Source: Phaeosaccion multiseriatum (taxonomy: Eukaryota; Protista; Ochrophyta, other classes). Taken from it: 64,000 bases of DNA. Below are positions 24,316 through 37,539 of this stretch, one piece after another. Position numbers and translations under genes: made by a program. Position 1 is the first letter of the stretch; the number at the start of each line of letters is the position of its first letter. The notes beneath the pieces are model-generated. The model was not told where the DNA came from, ran no database searches, and saw only the letters and a list, made by a program, of their open reading frames with translations. The stretch spans positions 3,348,001-3,412,000 of the forward strand of contig OZ218950.1 in NCBI GenBank assembly GCA_965112735.1. The letters run 5' to 3'.

Positions 24316-27300
24316 ATGTCTGTGGCGGATCCGTCGGATGGCATGGGGGCCAAGCAGATGAGTGAGACCACTGAGCTCCACCTGGGAGGCAAGGGATACA
24401 CCTCTCTCGCCGACACCTTCCACCTGTTCAAGAGTCTGGAAGTGCTCTGGCTCAATGGGAATCGGCTGTCTTCTTCGTCCTTGGAGGTGCTGGTGGACAA
24501 CTCGACTGTGAAAGAAATCTACCTGCACAACAACCGCCTCGATACAGTAGAGGACGTCCTCCAGTTCCCATTCCTCAAGACGCTTACCCTCAACGGCAAT
24601 AGCCTCGCAGACTTGTACGCGACTCTGGAGGAGCTCAAGAGCCTGAGACATCTGAAATACCTCGATCTCTCGGGGTGCCCTCTCGCCGAGGAGAACAACT
24701 ACCGCCTCTTGGTGATCAAGCGACTGCCGTGGCTGGCAGCGCTCGATAAGCGCAGGGTGGCCGAAGAAGAGCGCGTTGAGGCAAAGAAGTGCCGTATTCC
24801 GCGGAGCTGGGCTATCATCGAGGCCGGGAGAATAGACAGGAGTGGTGCTGAGGATGGGGCTCTACAGCAGCAACAACAGCAGGAGGGGGGTGTTCATACC
24901 ATCGATGGAGTCACTCTTGCTCCCAGTGCCGTGGGGGGTGGGGAAGATACCGCTCACGCGCACGCAGCACTGGAGCTCGCAGCGCCCACCCGCCGCCGGA
25001 GCAGTGTGGCCGTGGCTATGAAGGCTCGGAATCTGAGTGCGGAGGCAGCGGCTGCTCTACTCGAAGTGGAGCTGGAGCGAATACGGGGCTTCATTAAGAA
25101 GGGCCGTATACTTTTGAAGGCTCACTTTCAGGAGGCTGACCCCAGGCGAGAGGGCGCGGTTACGGAGCGGCAAGCTCTGTACCTGCTGGAGCTGTACGGC
25201 ATCTGGGAGAGGTTGGAGCCTCGTGAGGGAGAGGAGGCCTCGCCCTTCTTCAACGCAGAAGAGGAGTTTGTGCCTGTACGATATAGAACTGCCGAGGAGC
25301 AGCAGGCCATTCGCTTCGTAAGGTCTCTGTTCCTGAAGGAGTTTCGAGCCAGTCCTCCAGTGAGGTCGCAAGCAATGGGGAGGGACGGCGCATTGGCACA
25401 GGAACGCTTTGTGAACTATATCAAGCTGTGCGCGGCCGTCGAGCCCAAGGTGAGTCTGGGTCTCCTAGAAGCGATGTTTTCTTGCTTTGTTTAACCTATT
25501 TGCACGAAGGCGCGGACGTTCTTCCCTCCCCAAGTCAGCAGGAAGACGTGCCCAGAAGGCATTGGAATATCTATATATGTAATACCCTAGAGAACCTTCC
25601 CTCCCGTACAAGTTTCTCACGCTTGTCTCATGTCTCTCAACCTGTGCGCTACTTCAGGTGGGAAGTCGCGACGCGGACAACAAGGAGCGGCTCCTTGCGA
25701 AAGCTTGGAGGGTGAAGCCGGCCCCTGATGCAGAGAGCCCGACCATACTACAGCTCAAGAAGGACGTTCGAAAGACCATGCGTACGAGAAGAGCGCAAGA
25801 GCTTCAGTCGATGCTCACGTTGCAGTCTCCAGCCGAAACGGCAGTGGCCGTCCACGCCAATCCGGCGCAGAGGACGACCGCTCTTCGCGGCCAGAGTGGC
25901 GGAGGAGTGAGTGACCAGCGATTGGACAGGTGTGTGTCGACGGTGTTGTGTGCTGTGCAGTGTTGGTGGTTGAGCACGACAGTGCCACACCAGAGGCGGG
26001 CTTGCTTGACCTGTTAGCGCATCCTCTTGACTCACTCGACATGTTGCTGCGGCCCACTTGTTGTACAGGTGGGATGCCATGGAGCTCAAGAAACTTCTGC
26101 AACAAGCAGCAGCAGCAGCGGCGGCGTCCGCCGTCGGAGAGGTGGGAGGGGTAGAAAAGGGCGTATCGAGTGGCGGCAAAGGCGGCGGCAAGGCGAAGAG
26201 AGGCAGCAAGGCCGCGATTACTTATCCCACCGACGCTATTAGCAGAGCGGCTGTAAGAGACGTGATAGAAGCCATGCGGAGACGATGCGGAGTCAAGCCC
26301 CTCATGGACGAGAGCATGGGGGGGGTGGAGGGGGATGAGACAGACTCCTTCGTCACCGCCACCGATTCTACTGCTGCTGCTGCTGCGGCTACGGGCGGGG
26401 CTGGGGTGAGGGGGCGAAGGGGCTCGGGGGTTTCCTTCCTCTGTCCCGTGGAGCTCTTGCTTGACGCTCTGGAGGCGGAGGCCCCGGGAGGGCAGTTGAC
26501 GTGGCGGGCGGTGTACAAGGCCATGGATGAGGGACAAGACAGCACCCCGGGAGGGGGAGGAGGAGGAGGAGGAGGAGGAGGAGGAGGAGGAGGGGGGTCG
26601 GGGGGGGGGCTTTCCGGCGGCGGTGACGGCAGTGATGCGCTCGGTGGGGGCGGCTCGGCGGGAGAGCATGGTCCGCTAAGGTGGCAGAACTTGGACCCCC
26701 GGGAGGCGGAGGAGCTGTCGCGTGCTCTCTTCAAGCGAGCGCGAACCCTTCACACGAAGGCCACAATGTTGGCAAGTCAGCATAAGGACGGAGATGTTCA
26801 GACGCTGGACACCATTCGGAGCCACCGCTCCTCGGCAGCGGAGGCGGCGGCGCAAGCGAGCAAGTTGGCCGTCATGAGCAAGCGTGCTTCTTCTTGGGAG
26901 GAGGAGGAGGAGGAGGCGGGTGAAGAAGAGGAGGAAGAAGGAGGAGACGGAGCAGGAGGAGGGGGGGGGCAGGAGCCGGGGGGACTGGTGTCCTCTTTCT
27001 CGAGCTCGCGCATTGGGTCCTCAACGCTCCCCGGTCCTGCAGGGGGGGGCAGGCAGAGACCCTCTACCTGTCACGGTCGCCCTGGGAGAGGGAGGAGAAG
27101 AGGGAGGACCGGAGGAGGAGGAGGAGGAGGAGGAGGAGGAGGAGGACGACGAGGAGGACGAGGAGGAGGACGAGCAAGATTGCCGGGAGGGAATATGTGT
27201 AACTGGGGGGGGCGGACGGATGTCCTGACAGTGAGGCTCTTTTCTCTCGCCGAAGCGTCGTCTTCGCGCACGAGCAGCGGCGGCAATACCAGGAGGAGGA

Positions 27301-27584
27301 GGAACAGCAGCAGCAACACCAGTGTCGGTGGCGGCAGTAGCATCAGCAGCACCAGCAACAGCAGCAAGGGCTCTCATTCTCAGGGGGATGAGGATGATGA
27401 TTGGCTGGAACATGACACTCTGGACGAAGCGACAGCCGCAAGGACTCAGGCGGTGCGAGACACGGTCGCTTATAGACGTCTCGTTCACAAGGTTGGCGGC
27501 TCGGAGGCCTATGGCAAGTACAAGGCCTCTGTCATTGCGAGGAGACCGATGGTCGCCACTACCGCAGTCCTCACCAGGCGCTGA
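24316..27584 (+). CDS. LRRC72-like leucine-rich repeat protein with LRRcap and long low-complexity C-terminus, 3 exons
   Basis: LEVLWLNGNRL, KEIYLHNNRL, LKTLTLNGNSL, LDLSGCPLAEENNYRLLVIKRLPWLAALD; introns ~25450-25657 and ~25930-26068. Confidence 0.8.
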
Positions 27585-28316
27585 AGACAGGGTGAAGGGG
27601 AAGGGGGGGGGAGGGGGGGCTGAGCGGTAATGAGGTCCACATTCAAGGCGTTTGACTTTGAAATAGTGTTGTAGTAGCGCAAAAGGGTTCTGAGGATCGA
27701 TTGTCTCTTATCATGTATCAAAGCACAGAGACTCCGTCGGACATGTGAACGATACGTTAGAAGGGAAAGAGTATGAGTATATTCGATTGGTTGATTGATT
27801 GATTGATTAGCATTATGGAACGGACATCCTCTCTCAGTCCATCCGCGCGAATCGAGAGAGGTCCACCTACTCACGTCAAAGAGGAGCGTTCACTGAAGAG
27901 GCTCCTCCTTGTGCAAAGTATCCTCTCTTCTCGCTCCGATCGGCCGTGAGAGCGTCGTGCTCAGAGTACCCCCCGTCCTCCTTTCCTCGCGTGCAGCGGC
28001 ACCGGCCATTTCGTCCTGATGGCCACTCGCACCGTCCATGCCTGTCGGGTTTAGTTAGCAGAGGTCCAGCGGGTGGGGATATACATCCGCACCTCTACAC
28101 ACCTTGAACCCGAGCCGTAGTGAGCAGCGCAGCCCCCCTCCCCCCTGCACCCTGCACCTGCATGCGTCGTTTCTGATGAGACAATTCCGCATGTACCTCA
28201 GGCGAAGGTAAGTACACGCGTCTGCCTTGTCGCTGACGCGGCAGGGATGGGTGGGATGTGCTTAGGGCCGACAACGGGCCGATGTGGGTCGAGGGAAGCG
28301 ATGCAGTGTCTCCCCT

Positions 28317-28348
<32 letters not shown>

Positions 28349-28686
28349 CATCAACTCTTCTTGACGGAGCCGACAGCCCTTACGCCTCAAGACAAAACCC
28401 CCCGTGCGGGTGAAGACGTGCCGCTCGACGCCTGTGGCTGCATTCCTCCTTCCGATGAACAACCCTCCCTCTCAAAGTGTTTCCAAGGCGATACCCCAAC
28501 GCTGAAGAACCTTCCTTGACCAGAAGAGACCAACCACCGAGAAGCCGAGGTGCACGCATCCCTGCTGTAACTCCCTGACTGGTCAAGAGCCCAGACAAAG
28601 GCAAAAGGCAGCACCTTGCCTTCTTGCACGCAAGCACGCCCCTTGTCTTCCTTGTTCACTCTCTGGCGTGGTCACTCTTTCGCCCC

Positions 28687-30411
28687 CTATTTCTCAATCC
28701 AGCTCGACTGCGCGAGAGAAACCTCCTTCAATATCTCCGGGAGGCCTTTGGGAGCGCTCTTGTAGGCCCTCTGCAGCAGAGTGGTGGCGCGCTTGTGGAG
28801 CGCAGCGTTCACCTCCAACTCATGCTCGTCCTTACCAAGCTCCTTGAGCCCCCCCGGGGTGGCGGCAAGGGCGGTACAGGCGGCACAGAGTCCGTGCATG
28901 GCTCGGGTGTTGCCCTGTTCCTGGAGGGTCAGGCTATGCGAGAAGTGCTTCCTGGCTCTGAGCAAGCTCGCTGAGGACGACGCCCGGCCTCCTGCTGCCC
29001 CTCCTCCTACCGAGACAGTACTGCTGCTACTGCTGCTGCTGCTGCTGTTGCTGTTGCCGCCACCTCCTCCTTTGCTGCTACTGCTCAATGTGTAATAGAT
29101 TTCTGCCAGGTGTGTGTGTGTGAGAGCGTCCAGAGGCTTGAGTAGGACCAGTTCCTCGTAGCAAAATGCCGCCTGATCTAGCTGCCCTAGGCGGAGGTTG
29201 AGGTGGGCCAGCTCGAGCCAACTCTCCACATCGCCTTGGAAAATGTCAATCACCCCATTCAGTGCCTTTACAGCCTCCGTGAGCTTTCCCTGTCCTACTA
29301 GCAAGGCAACCTGGACGGGAGAAGGGCAGAGGGTAAGGCGGGAGGATGGGGGGATGAATGTTGTTGAAGAGGTTAGTAGAAGGAAGGAGAAAACGTTGTG
29401 TAGAGGGAGGGCGACCCCCGCGACACCCACCTGTCTCTTCCTCGCCGCGAGATTGGACGGTTTCTCTTCAACGATGCTGCCGTAAGTCTTACTAGCGTTA
29501 CCCCACTCTCCCTTGGCCTCCTGAATCAGCCCCTCCAGCAGCCGCACGCGCATACTGCCTGGAAACTTGAGCTGCAACTTTTGCAAACTGCGCTCTGCGG
29601 TTGTGATGTCGTTTCTGTCTAACGCTGCATTGGCCACCTGAATACGAGGGAGGAAAGCACCAAGCACAACAAGCATTGGATGATGAGAACTCGTGCTGGA
29701 GCAGATACCTCGTCAATACAGAACCGCTTTGCACCGCTTTCCTCGCGGTATTCTGTCAGCCTATACACCCTCTGCCCTCACAGCAAAACGTCTCATCACC
29801 CCGGAATAGTTGAGCCCATCATTCGTCATCCCTCCATCGCAGACAGTTCGCTATTAGCCCCTGCAAACTGCAAAGCTCTTTGGACCCGCCGCTCTCATTC
29901 TCCCCCTCCTCTCCTTGTGCTTTTCCCTCCCCTACCCAGTCGCGCCAGGGTGTACCGCTCTCACCCTCCCGCTGCCTTCGCACCGCACCTGTTCCAGCAC
30001 GGTCCACACCTCATCTCCCAATCTCCGCTCTTCCCGCAAGAGGGCGATGCCATGCCTCATTACCAAGTCGGGCCTCCGTAATTGCTGGGCAAAGAGAGCG
30101 CACACATCAATAGAAGGGAGGAGGGGAAGAAGGCAGACAGTAAGGAATGGAGCAAATCAATCCTCTTCGTCTGCAAGGGTGCCACAACAGAGAGTGCTGT
30201 GGACGCACGCCGGAGGGGCGAGTCGGCTTCGACGCTCAAAACTGGTCGACTTGGGCGACAGCTTGAGTGGCAGTTCCCTCCAGCAAAGGAGAGGAAGCCT
30301 CACCTGGTGCCGGAGGGCCGCCAGCAGCCGCTGCGCGTTCCAGAAGCTCAGGCTCGCATTGTCGGACAGCGCTTCTGCTTGAGCAATGAGCTCTGCAGCA
30401 GTCAAGTCCAT
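28687..30411 (-). CDS. EMC2: ER membrane protein complex subunit 2 (TPR protein), 4 exons
   Basis: LGDEVWTVLEQ/VANAALD..KFPGSMRVRLLEG..ARKRQ/..FQGDVESWLELA..AAFCYEELVL..LAEIYYT..ARKHF..NTRAMHGL. Confidence 0.92.
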
Positions 30412-30547
30412 CTTCTCCGTGCCTCTCCTCCCGTGCTTCTTTCCTCGTAAATGAAAGCGTCGCTCGCTCGGCGGGTCCCCCGGGGTTCACAATAAGTCAC
30501 TATATTTTTTCCTTCTCCTCTTCTCTTCCCTCCTCGACCCTCCCATC

Positions 30548-30749
30548 GCCCCTGACAAGGTTCTGAGGCGACCCAGGGGGCAAGAGGCCGGCCAGAAGCT
30601 GGAACCTGGCCCGCTGGCGAGGCTTGGCAGAGCAGCCTTGGCCCTCATCATTGCCGTATTACGTGGCTTTCCCCCAGAACCTGGAATCGACTGGCTGGCG
30701 CGCCGGCCAGAAGCTGGCACCTGGGTCGCCTCAGAACCTTGTCAGGGGC
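30548..30749. mobile_element. MITE-like element, 202 bp, with perfect 30-bp terminal inverted repeats
   Basis: GCCCCTGACAAGGTTCTGAGGCGACCCAGG at 30548-30577 and its exact reverse complement at 30720-30749; internal CCAGAA(G/C)CTGG repeats; no clear target-site duplication. Confidence 0.8.
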
Positions 30750-31100
30750 CGACTCCCAGGGTTGCTAATGATGTACTTCGAAGTATTTATTTATTCAAAA
30801 GGCGAACTTGTACATCGACTTGCAGTGCCTACTTCGGTCTCCCGGTCTCCTGATGTGCGAGTGGTACAAACAGTCCAAGGTCCTCCAATGGTTGGTTGGT
30901 CCCTCTCTCCCCCCCCCCTTCCCGGCAGCTTCAAAACCAGCCCGTCTGTGGCCAGACAAGGGTCGAACAGGGATAGGCCCACACGCCCTGCTGGTCACTG
31001 TGTCTCTACAGGGACTGTAAATGGGCATGGGGAGGAGGAAGCCGACAAACACACTCAATGAATGACTTTCTGGTGCCTACTCAGTACACAGTACACCTCC

Positions 31101-32028
31101 TCAGTAGTAAGATCGCCTGGTGAGGAGGAACAAGAACGAGGTGAAAGGAAAGAGGGACGGGAGACAACAAAGACAACACACGTCAGTTGGACCACCACGT
31201 ACTCCATTCCCGCATGTGGAGGGAGATGGGGGGAGGGAGGGAGGGAGGGATGGAGGGTGGGAAGGAGGAGAAAAGAGTTCCAAAGCAGTTTTGTTGCTTG
31301 CTTCTCCCCCCCTCACCTAGGGTTGTTCATGGGGTTGGGTCTGAACTTGTAGGCCAGCATCATACGCTTGCGGTAAGAGTCGAACTCGTTGTCATCCGCC
31401 GCCGCCTCGTGCGTGGGATTCACGCCCACCCCCGCCCCCTCCGCCCCGCCCCGATGCGCCTTCACGGGGTTGGCGATGCCCTGCGCCCCCTCCGGGCCCA
31501 GCCCTTGACCCTCCTTCCAGCCGCCCTTTTGCAGCATCTGAAAGCCAAGGTTGGAGCTGTTTAGTTGGTTCTTCGCCGGTTCAGCGCCGCCATCGCCATC
31601 ACCATCCCCTCCCCCCGTAGGCTTCTTGCCCATGAGCTTGTCCAGCTCCTCCTGCGGCAGGTAGGAGCCAATGTGGCGGCCCCTCGGCAGCATGGCGCTG
31701 ACTTTGGCCTTATCTGCCGTCTGAAGCATCTCCTTGGCACGCTTCCTGTGCTCCCACGTGCCGCCCTCAATGACGCCCCCCGAAGCATCGGCATCTTTCA
31801 CTGTATCTCTGAAATCGTCCTTCTCTCTGGCCGCCAAGGCAACGTACTCTGCCTGCCTCTCCTCCCACAAGTCTTCGTCTCCTCCGGCCTGCTGGGCGGC
31901 TTTGCTCTGAGCCAGGGCATGTATACGCTCCTCCATCCGCTTCAGCTCCTTCTGCTCCTGCAGCTGCTTCGTATAGGCAGCGTCCATGACTGGCGGTAAC
32001 GTCGAAGGATGAGGAGAGGCCGATATCC

Positions 32029-32059
<31 letters not shown>

Positions 32060-33013
32060 CGCTGCTGCAGGTGGAACTTGAGGGCCTTCTGAGAAGGTGC
32101 GTCTCTTCCTCTTCCTCTGAATTTCCTCCACAACACCTTGCACGTTTATACTCCCCGTTGTTGGTGCCCCGACCCCCCACCTAGAGGCTGATTGCCCTGA
32201 GACTGCTGCTGACTGGACTACTGTCGATGGGACTGCTGCTACTGCTGCTACTGCTGCTACTGTCCCTCCACCCCCTCCCCACCTACTGCTCCGCTTTGCA
32301 GTGGCCGCTGGAGCGCCCGAGCACACCCGCCGCACCTCCTCCTTCACCGCCTCTGCCTCAGCCTTGGCAGCTGCCTCCTCTGCTGGAGTCGTCGCTGCTG
32401 CTACTGCCCCTGCTCCTGCTGCTGCTGTTGGTGCCGCTGCTGCTCCTGATGCCGCCGTCCCTTCTGCTGCTCTTCCTTGCCCACTTGCCCTCTCAAGACT
32501 CCCCCCAGCATTCGCCGCCTCGTCATCGTCCCCTTCAGCTTGCCCGCTGTCGCTGCCGCTGTCGCTGTCCTCCCCCCCAAAAACATTGCCACCCTTGCTG
32601 CCTCCGCCCCCCCCGAACCGTCGCGACGGGAGCATAGATTTTTGCCGCTTCCGACTGTTGACACGGCTATTCTCTGCCGCGACTCGCTTGAGGTGCTCAT
32701 CCTTCTCTTGCTGTGCTGCCGCGCGCGCTTCCTCCTCCAGTTGCAGCATCTTCTCGAGGAAGGAGCCGTCCCCAGCCTTGGGCTTCACGGCTGCTGCTGG
32801 AGATGAAGCAGCAGCAGAAGAAGGTGGCGGTGGCGGCGGTGGTGGGGGGGGGGGAGGGAAGGGAGGTGGGGGCGCAAACGAAGGTCCCAACGCCGTCGCT
32901 GTTGCTATTCCCATCCCGTACCCTGCTCCTCCTGGAGGAGGGGGAGGAGGTGGAGGATCAGGAGGGAGAGGAGGAAGAAGCGCACCGGCCGCAAAGGGAT
33001 CATAGCCCTCCAT
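31101..33013 (-). CDS. SUGP1: SUGP1/SF4-like G-patch splicing factor; main exon ~31317-33013 plus 16-nt last exon 31101-31116
   Basis: GGTWEHRKR, HIGSYLPQEELDK, G-patch SNLGFQMLQKGGWKEGQGLG, EFDSYRKRMMLAYKFRPNPMNNPR/RSYY*. Confidence 0.9.
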
Positions 33014-33166
33014 TTGGTTGCCTATGATGCCATCTGCCTTCACGGGGGGTGCTCGACATACAAAGTAGAGCAGATCGACAGGAAAAGGCGTGTGGGCGCG
33101 CGCGCACCCGCATGTGACAAACGGAGGCAAAAATCCCCGCCCAGCGAATCGCAAATTAACTCCACC

Positions 33167-36100
33167 ATGACCAACGCGAGCGCTGTGCGAACAGGGACTG
33201 TGGCTCTATGTCTCCTCTCTCCTAGTGTGGCCTTTCTGACGCCCCATGGTGTGACCAACAACCAGGTAAAGCGCGCAAATGAGGCGCTTGAGGATCGGTG
33301 CGGCAGGAGCTGAAACGTGCGGGTTGTTCGCTGGAGCGGTAGCAGCAGCAGAAGAAGAAGAACAAGGCTCCAGTGGAGAGGGACATTGTCGCGCGTTGGC
33401 TGGACTGTCCTTCTCCATGTGCACCTGCTTGTACTGTGGCGCCCACGGTCTATTCATTTAGGCGCAGAAATGCCTTCGGGTGGCTCCTTTTATAGGCCTT
33501 GTGTCCTTGGAGGGAGTAGAGCGGAAGGACCTTCCTCGCGTCTTTTAGCTAACCGCTTGAAAAGGCTTTCTCATGGCCCTCGGACTCATGTAGTTCACGA
33601 CCTTTCTACGTCGCCGCCTCCCCAGGCATTTGTAAATCAGTGCGTCGTTTCCTTTCTCCCCAAACCCGATGCTCATTCCAATGCTTGACTTGTCGGATGC
33701 AGCAGATGACTCAACAAGCAGCGAACTCTGGAGGGAGGAGGGGCAGCGGCAGGTTCTCTTTACACATGAGCGACACGACAACAGCACCACCTGCGGCGAC
33801 CAAGGTGGAGAGCAAGAGGAACGAGAGGAGGAGGATTTTGAGCAGCCCCAAGTACAACCGAATGGTGAGTAGGAGTGGCACGCACACACTCTCTGATAAA
33901 CTTCCTGCCTTCTGCTTCGGTGACGAAGGGACGAGGAGAGTTCTAACGCGGAGAAAGATGATTTCGAGCACGTCTGATGGTTGAAGGAAATGCTGAGCCG
34001 GGGAGCAATGGAAGTCGGGAGGAGGACAATGTACAGAGAGTAGGAGGAGAGAAGTCTGAGGTTCAGCAGCAATCCTGCTTGTTTGAAAGGGAAATGGGAC
34101 CTAGATAGCGATCAGCCATCTGCTTTGTGACCCTCCCCTCCCCCCCCCCCCCTCTCTTTTGTGCAACAGGGCTTCAAGGAGGAGCAGGAGGATGTGTCGG
34201 CGATGATGCTCGAGGAGTTCACTTCTCCCCTCGTCAAGGTGCGGCACACGCGCATGAGAGCACTTCTTGTGAAGGGAGGACCACCGGGGGTTGGGGCTCT
34301 AAAGACTCTGGCCATCAAGTAACACAGAGACAAGACAGACCCATGACTAAACTGGTTTTGAAATGGTTGTTCCCTGCTCCCCTTCCCCCTGTCTCTCAGG
34401 AGCTGAAGGAGAACAAGAACGAGGTGGTGAGGGGTGACTTGACCTTCAGGCTGGCGCAGGACTACGGCTTCTGCTGGGGAGTGGAGCGAGCAGTGGCCAT
34501 GTCTTTCCAGGTGTGTTGACAGACAAGTCTACTTATCCTTGGCAATCGGAAGAGATGCGGGGTGCACGTGCATCTCTCTCTCTCGGTCTGTGTGTGTATG
34601 TGTGTGTGTGTGCTGGGGACGGTCTTCCTTCTTGTGCTTGAGCCTGGCGAACTGGCAAGAGGGTACTTTTGTTGAAGTACGCGAACTTCCTGTACCTTGT
34701 ACCTTTTGGTCGTCATCATCAGGTGGCTCACTTCTTGTATTTCTTTCTCTCCTGCTGCACACTTGTTCGTTCCCCTCGCCCCCCCCATCCACCTACGTAC
34801 AGGCCCGATCTCACTTCCCCGACAAGACCATGCACATCACCAACGAGCTGATCCACAACCCCGGAGTTAACGACAAGCTGCACGAGATGGACGTTAACTT
34901 CGTGCCGGTATGTCACGGAGGGAGGGAGGGAGGGAAAGGAGGGAGTGGGTTGTCGCTTTGTGTCGTACCCCTGCTGCTGAGTGGAGTGGGGTGCTGAATC
35001 ACTCAAGGCTGCTCGACCCACCCCTCTCATCCTGTCCCCGGGTTTGCTTGCCTCTCTGCTTCTCTCTCTCTCTGCACCTCACATCACCTCACCTCTCAGG
35101 TGAAGGACGATGACACAAAGGACCTCAGCGCCATCAAAGACGGAGATGTTGTCATCCTGCCCGCCTTCGGAGCCACGTTGGAGGAGATGCAGTTCCTGGA
35201 CTCCAAGAATGTTCAGGTCAGTTAGAAGTTGGTGGGGAAGCGGTTTAATGGATTTATTTGTAGGGAGAGCTTTTGATCATTGTTGCTCACGCGACTACAT
35301 GTCCTTCTCTTCCTCCCATCCCTCCTCCACCCCCGCCTCCACTCCCTCTTCCTCCTCCTATTCCCTTCCCTTCCCTTGCCCACCAGGTGGTGGACACAAC
35401 TTGCCCGTGGGTGAGTAAGGTGTGGAACACGGTGGATAAGCACACCAAGAACCAGTACACCACTGTCATGCACGGCAAGTTCGCGCACGAAGAGACTGTC
35501 GCCACCGCTTCCTTCGCCAGCAAGTGAGTGTGTTGACGATTCGACTTCGACTTCACGACAACAGAAACGGCTGCCGCCGCTGCTGCTGCTGCTGCTGCTA
35601 CTGCGACTCGTCTGTTCTATCTGTTCCATGGAGTGCGGAGAGTTCCGACTCCGAAAATTTCGCTCGGCTCAACTCCTCTCTTCTCTTCTCTGCTGTCCTC
35701 TCGTCTCGTACACCCAACAACCCTCCGACCACCGTCGGCCAGATACATCATTGTGAAGAATCAGGAGGAGTCACAACTGGTCATCGACTACATGCTCAAG
35801 GGCGGTGACAAGGTGAGCAAAGCGAGATCTTGGTCCTTCTCCGCAAAGCCCGCACGTGGCTGCTCAGACACCGTCTTCGTACGGTACGGTCTTAACGTCC
35901 CCCTTCTCTCTCTAATGTTTGTCGGCATGCCAGGCTGCCTTCCTGGAGAGGTTCAAGGAAGCAGTGTCCGAGGGTTTCGACCCCGACGTCGACCTCGACA
36001 AGCTGGGACTCGCCAACCAGGTGAGGGAAGGGGGGGTGCTTGCGGACTGACTACACTACACTACTTTGCCTGGTACACGCTCTTTGCGCCCCCGCCGCGT

Positions 36101-37259
36101 AGCTGGTTGACGTCATCTTTTGACGAGCTCTACACTCGAAGCGCCTGATATTGAAAAACCTCCCCCTCTTTCGTTCTCTCGTTCTCTCTCTCTCTCTTTC
36201 TTTCTCTGCCTCTCTCCTTCCGTCCACTTCCGTGCATATTCCACAGACGACCATGTACAAGCGGGACACACGCGAGATTGGGCAAATGTTTGAGAAGGCA
36301 ATGATGGAGAAGTTCGGCCCCAGCGAGCTCAGCAACCACTACATGGCCTTTGACACCATCTGTGACGCCACTCAGGAGCGACAAGACGCCATGCTTGACA
36401 TTGTGGAGCATGATGACATTGACATGATTCTCGTTGTGGGTGGGTGGGACTCTTCCAACACGCACCATTTGGCGGAGATCAGTGCCGATAAGGGCATCAC
36501 CACCTTCTGGGTCAACAGGCCGGAGTGCGTCAAGCCAGACGGCAGCATTGACCACATGGTGAGGGAGCGGAGGAGGAGGAGGAGGAGGAGGAGGAGGAGG
36601 AGGAGGAGGGAAGGGGGCTGTGCAGTACGGTGCTATGCTGTATAGCGGCGCATCCCATGTCGCAAGAGGAGGCCTCGAGAAGAAGCAGAGCTTGTAGCTC
36701 GCTGTGACGCTTGACGCAGTCGGCACCGTTCTTGACTTGCTGCTGTAAGAGTCTTAACCCCCCCCCCTGTCCTGTCCTACCCCTTGGTCTCTTGCCCCTG
36801 CACGCCCGCCTCTGCTACGTACTGTGCAGGACCCTCATTCCTTGGAGGTGATCAACACACCCGACTTCCTCCCCAAGGGAAAGGTGAGAGAAAAAGGCGG
36901 GATGAAAATCTCCCGCTTTCAAGTACACTTTTGGTACCCCTGTTGGTTGGCATTCTCCTTCTCCCACACCCTCTCTTTTTGCTGTGCTGCTTGTGAGAAA
37001 CTATCCAATCCCGATGCCTTGGGTGCTCAGGCATGTATATTGTGTAGCAACGACTAATGACCGTTAACCACCCACCCCCCTTGGTCGTGTGGGCGGGCCT
37101 TTATGTTTCTCTCTGTGTGCCTTGTGTACTCACTCGCCAAATCTTCTTCTCGCCTACTCGCAGGTGACGGTGGGGCTGACCTCAGGAGCGAGCACGCCGG
37201 ACGCGTACATGCAGCAAGCCGTGGAGAACATGGTGCTGCTCAAGAAGCTCCACGCATAA
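33167..37259 (+). CDS. ispH: 4-hydroxy-3-methylbut-2-enyl diphosphate reductase (HDR/LytB, MEP pathway), plastid-targeted, 12 exons
   Basis: [72 protein letters not shown]; all three Fe-S cysteines present; leader ..[11 protein letters not shown]. Confidence 0.97.
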
Positions 37260-37539
37260 GCACCGAAAGCGGCGTGAGAGTGACTACGCGCCATATACTG
37301 TACAACCCCCGTGTTTTGTGGGGGTAGGGGGCTCTATACCTTATTCGACGTTCGTCTCATGCTTGCACTCGTACCTTATAGAGTTACGACCCAAGGATTT
37401 GAAGAATTAATACTGTATTTTATTTTTATAAAATGGAAAAGGGAGGAAACGCAATTGTTGGAATGACCCAACAGTTGCCCAGATGTCTCTCCCCTCTCCC
37501 CTCTGCGGTACCAGCATGTTGTCAGTCGGCTCAGTCGGC

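Noticed and set aside
28165-28215. CTGATGAG as a hammerhead ribozyme core
   Set aside because: No matching stem II and GAAA strand could be found.
33167-37259. ispH as a recent bacterial transfer or contaminant
   Set aside because: It has 11 spliceosomal introns and a plastid-targeting leader, the expected nuclear-encoded MEP-pathway gene.
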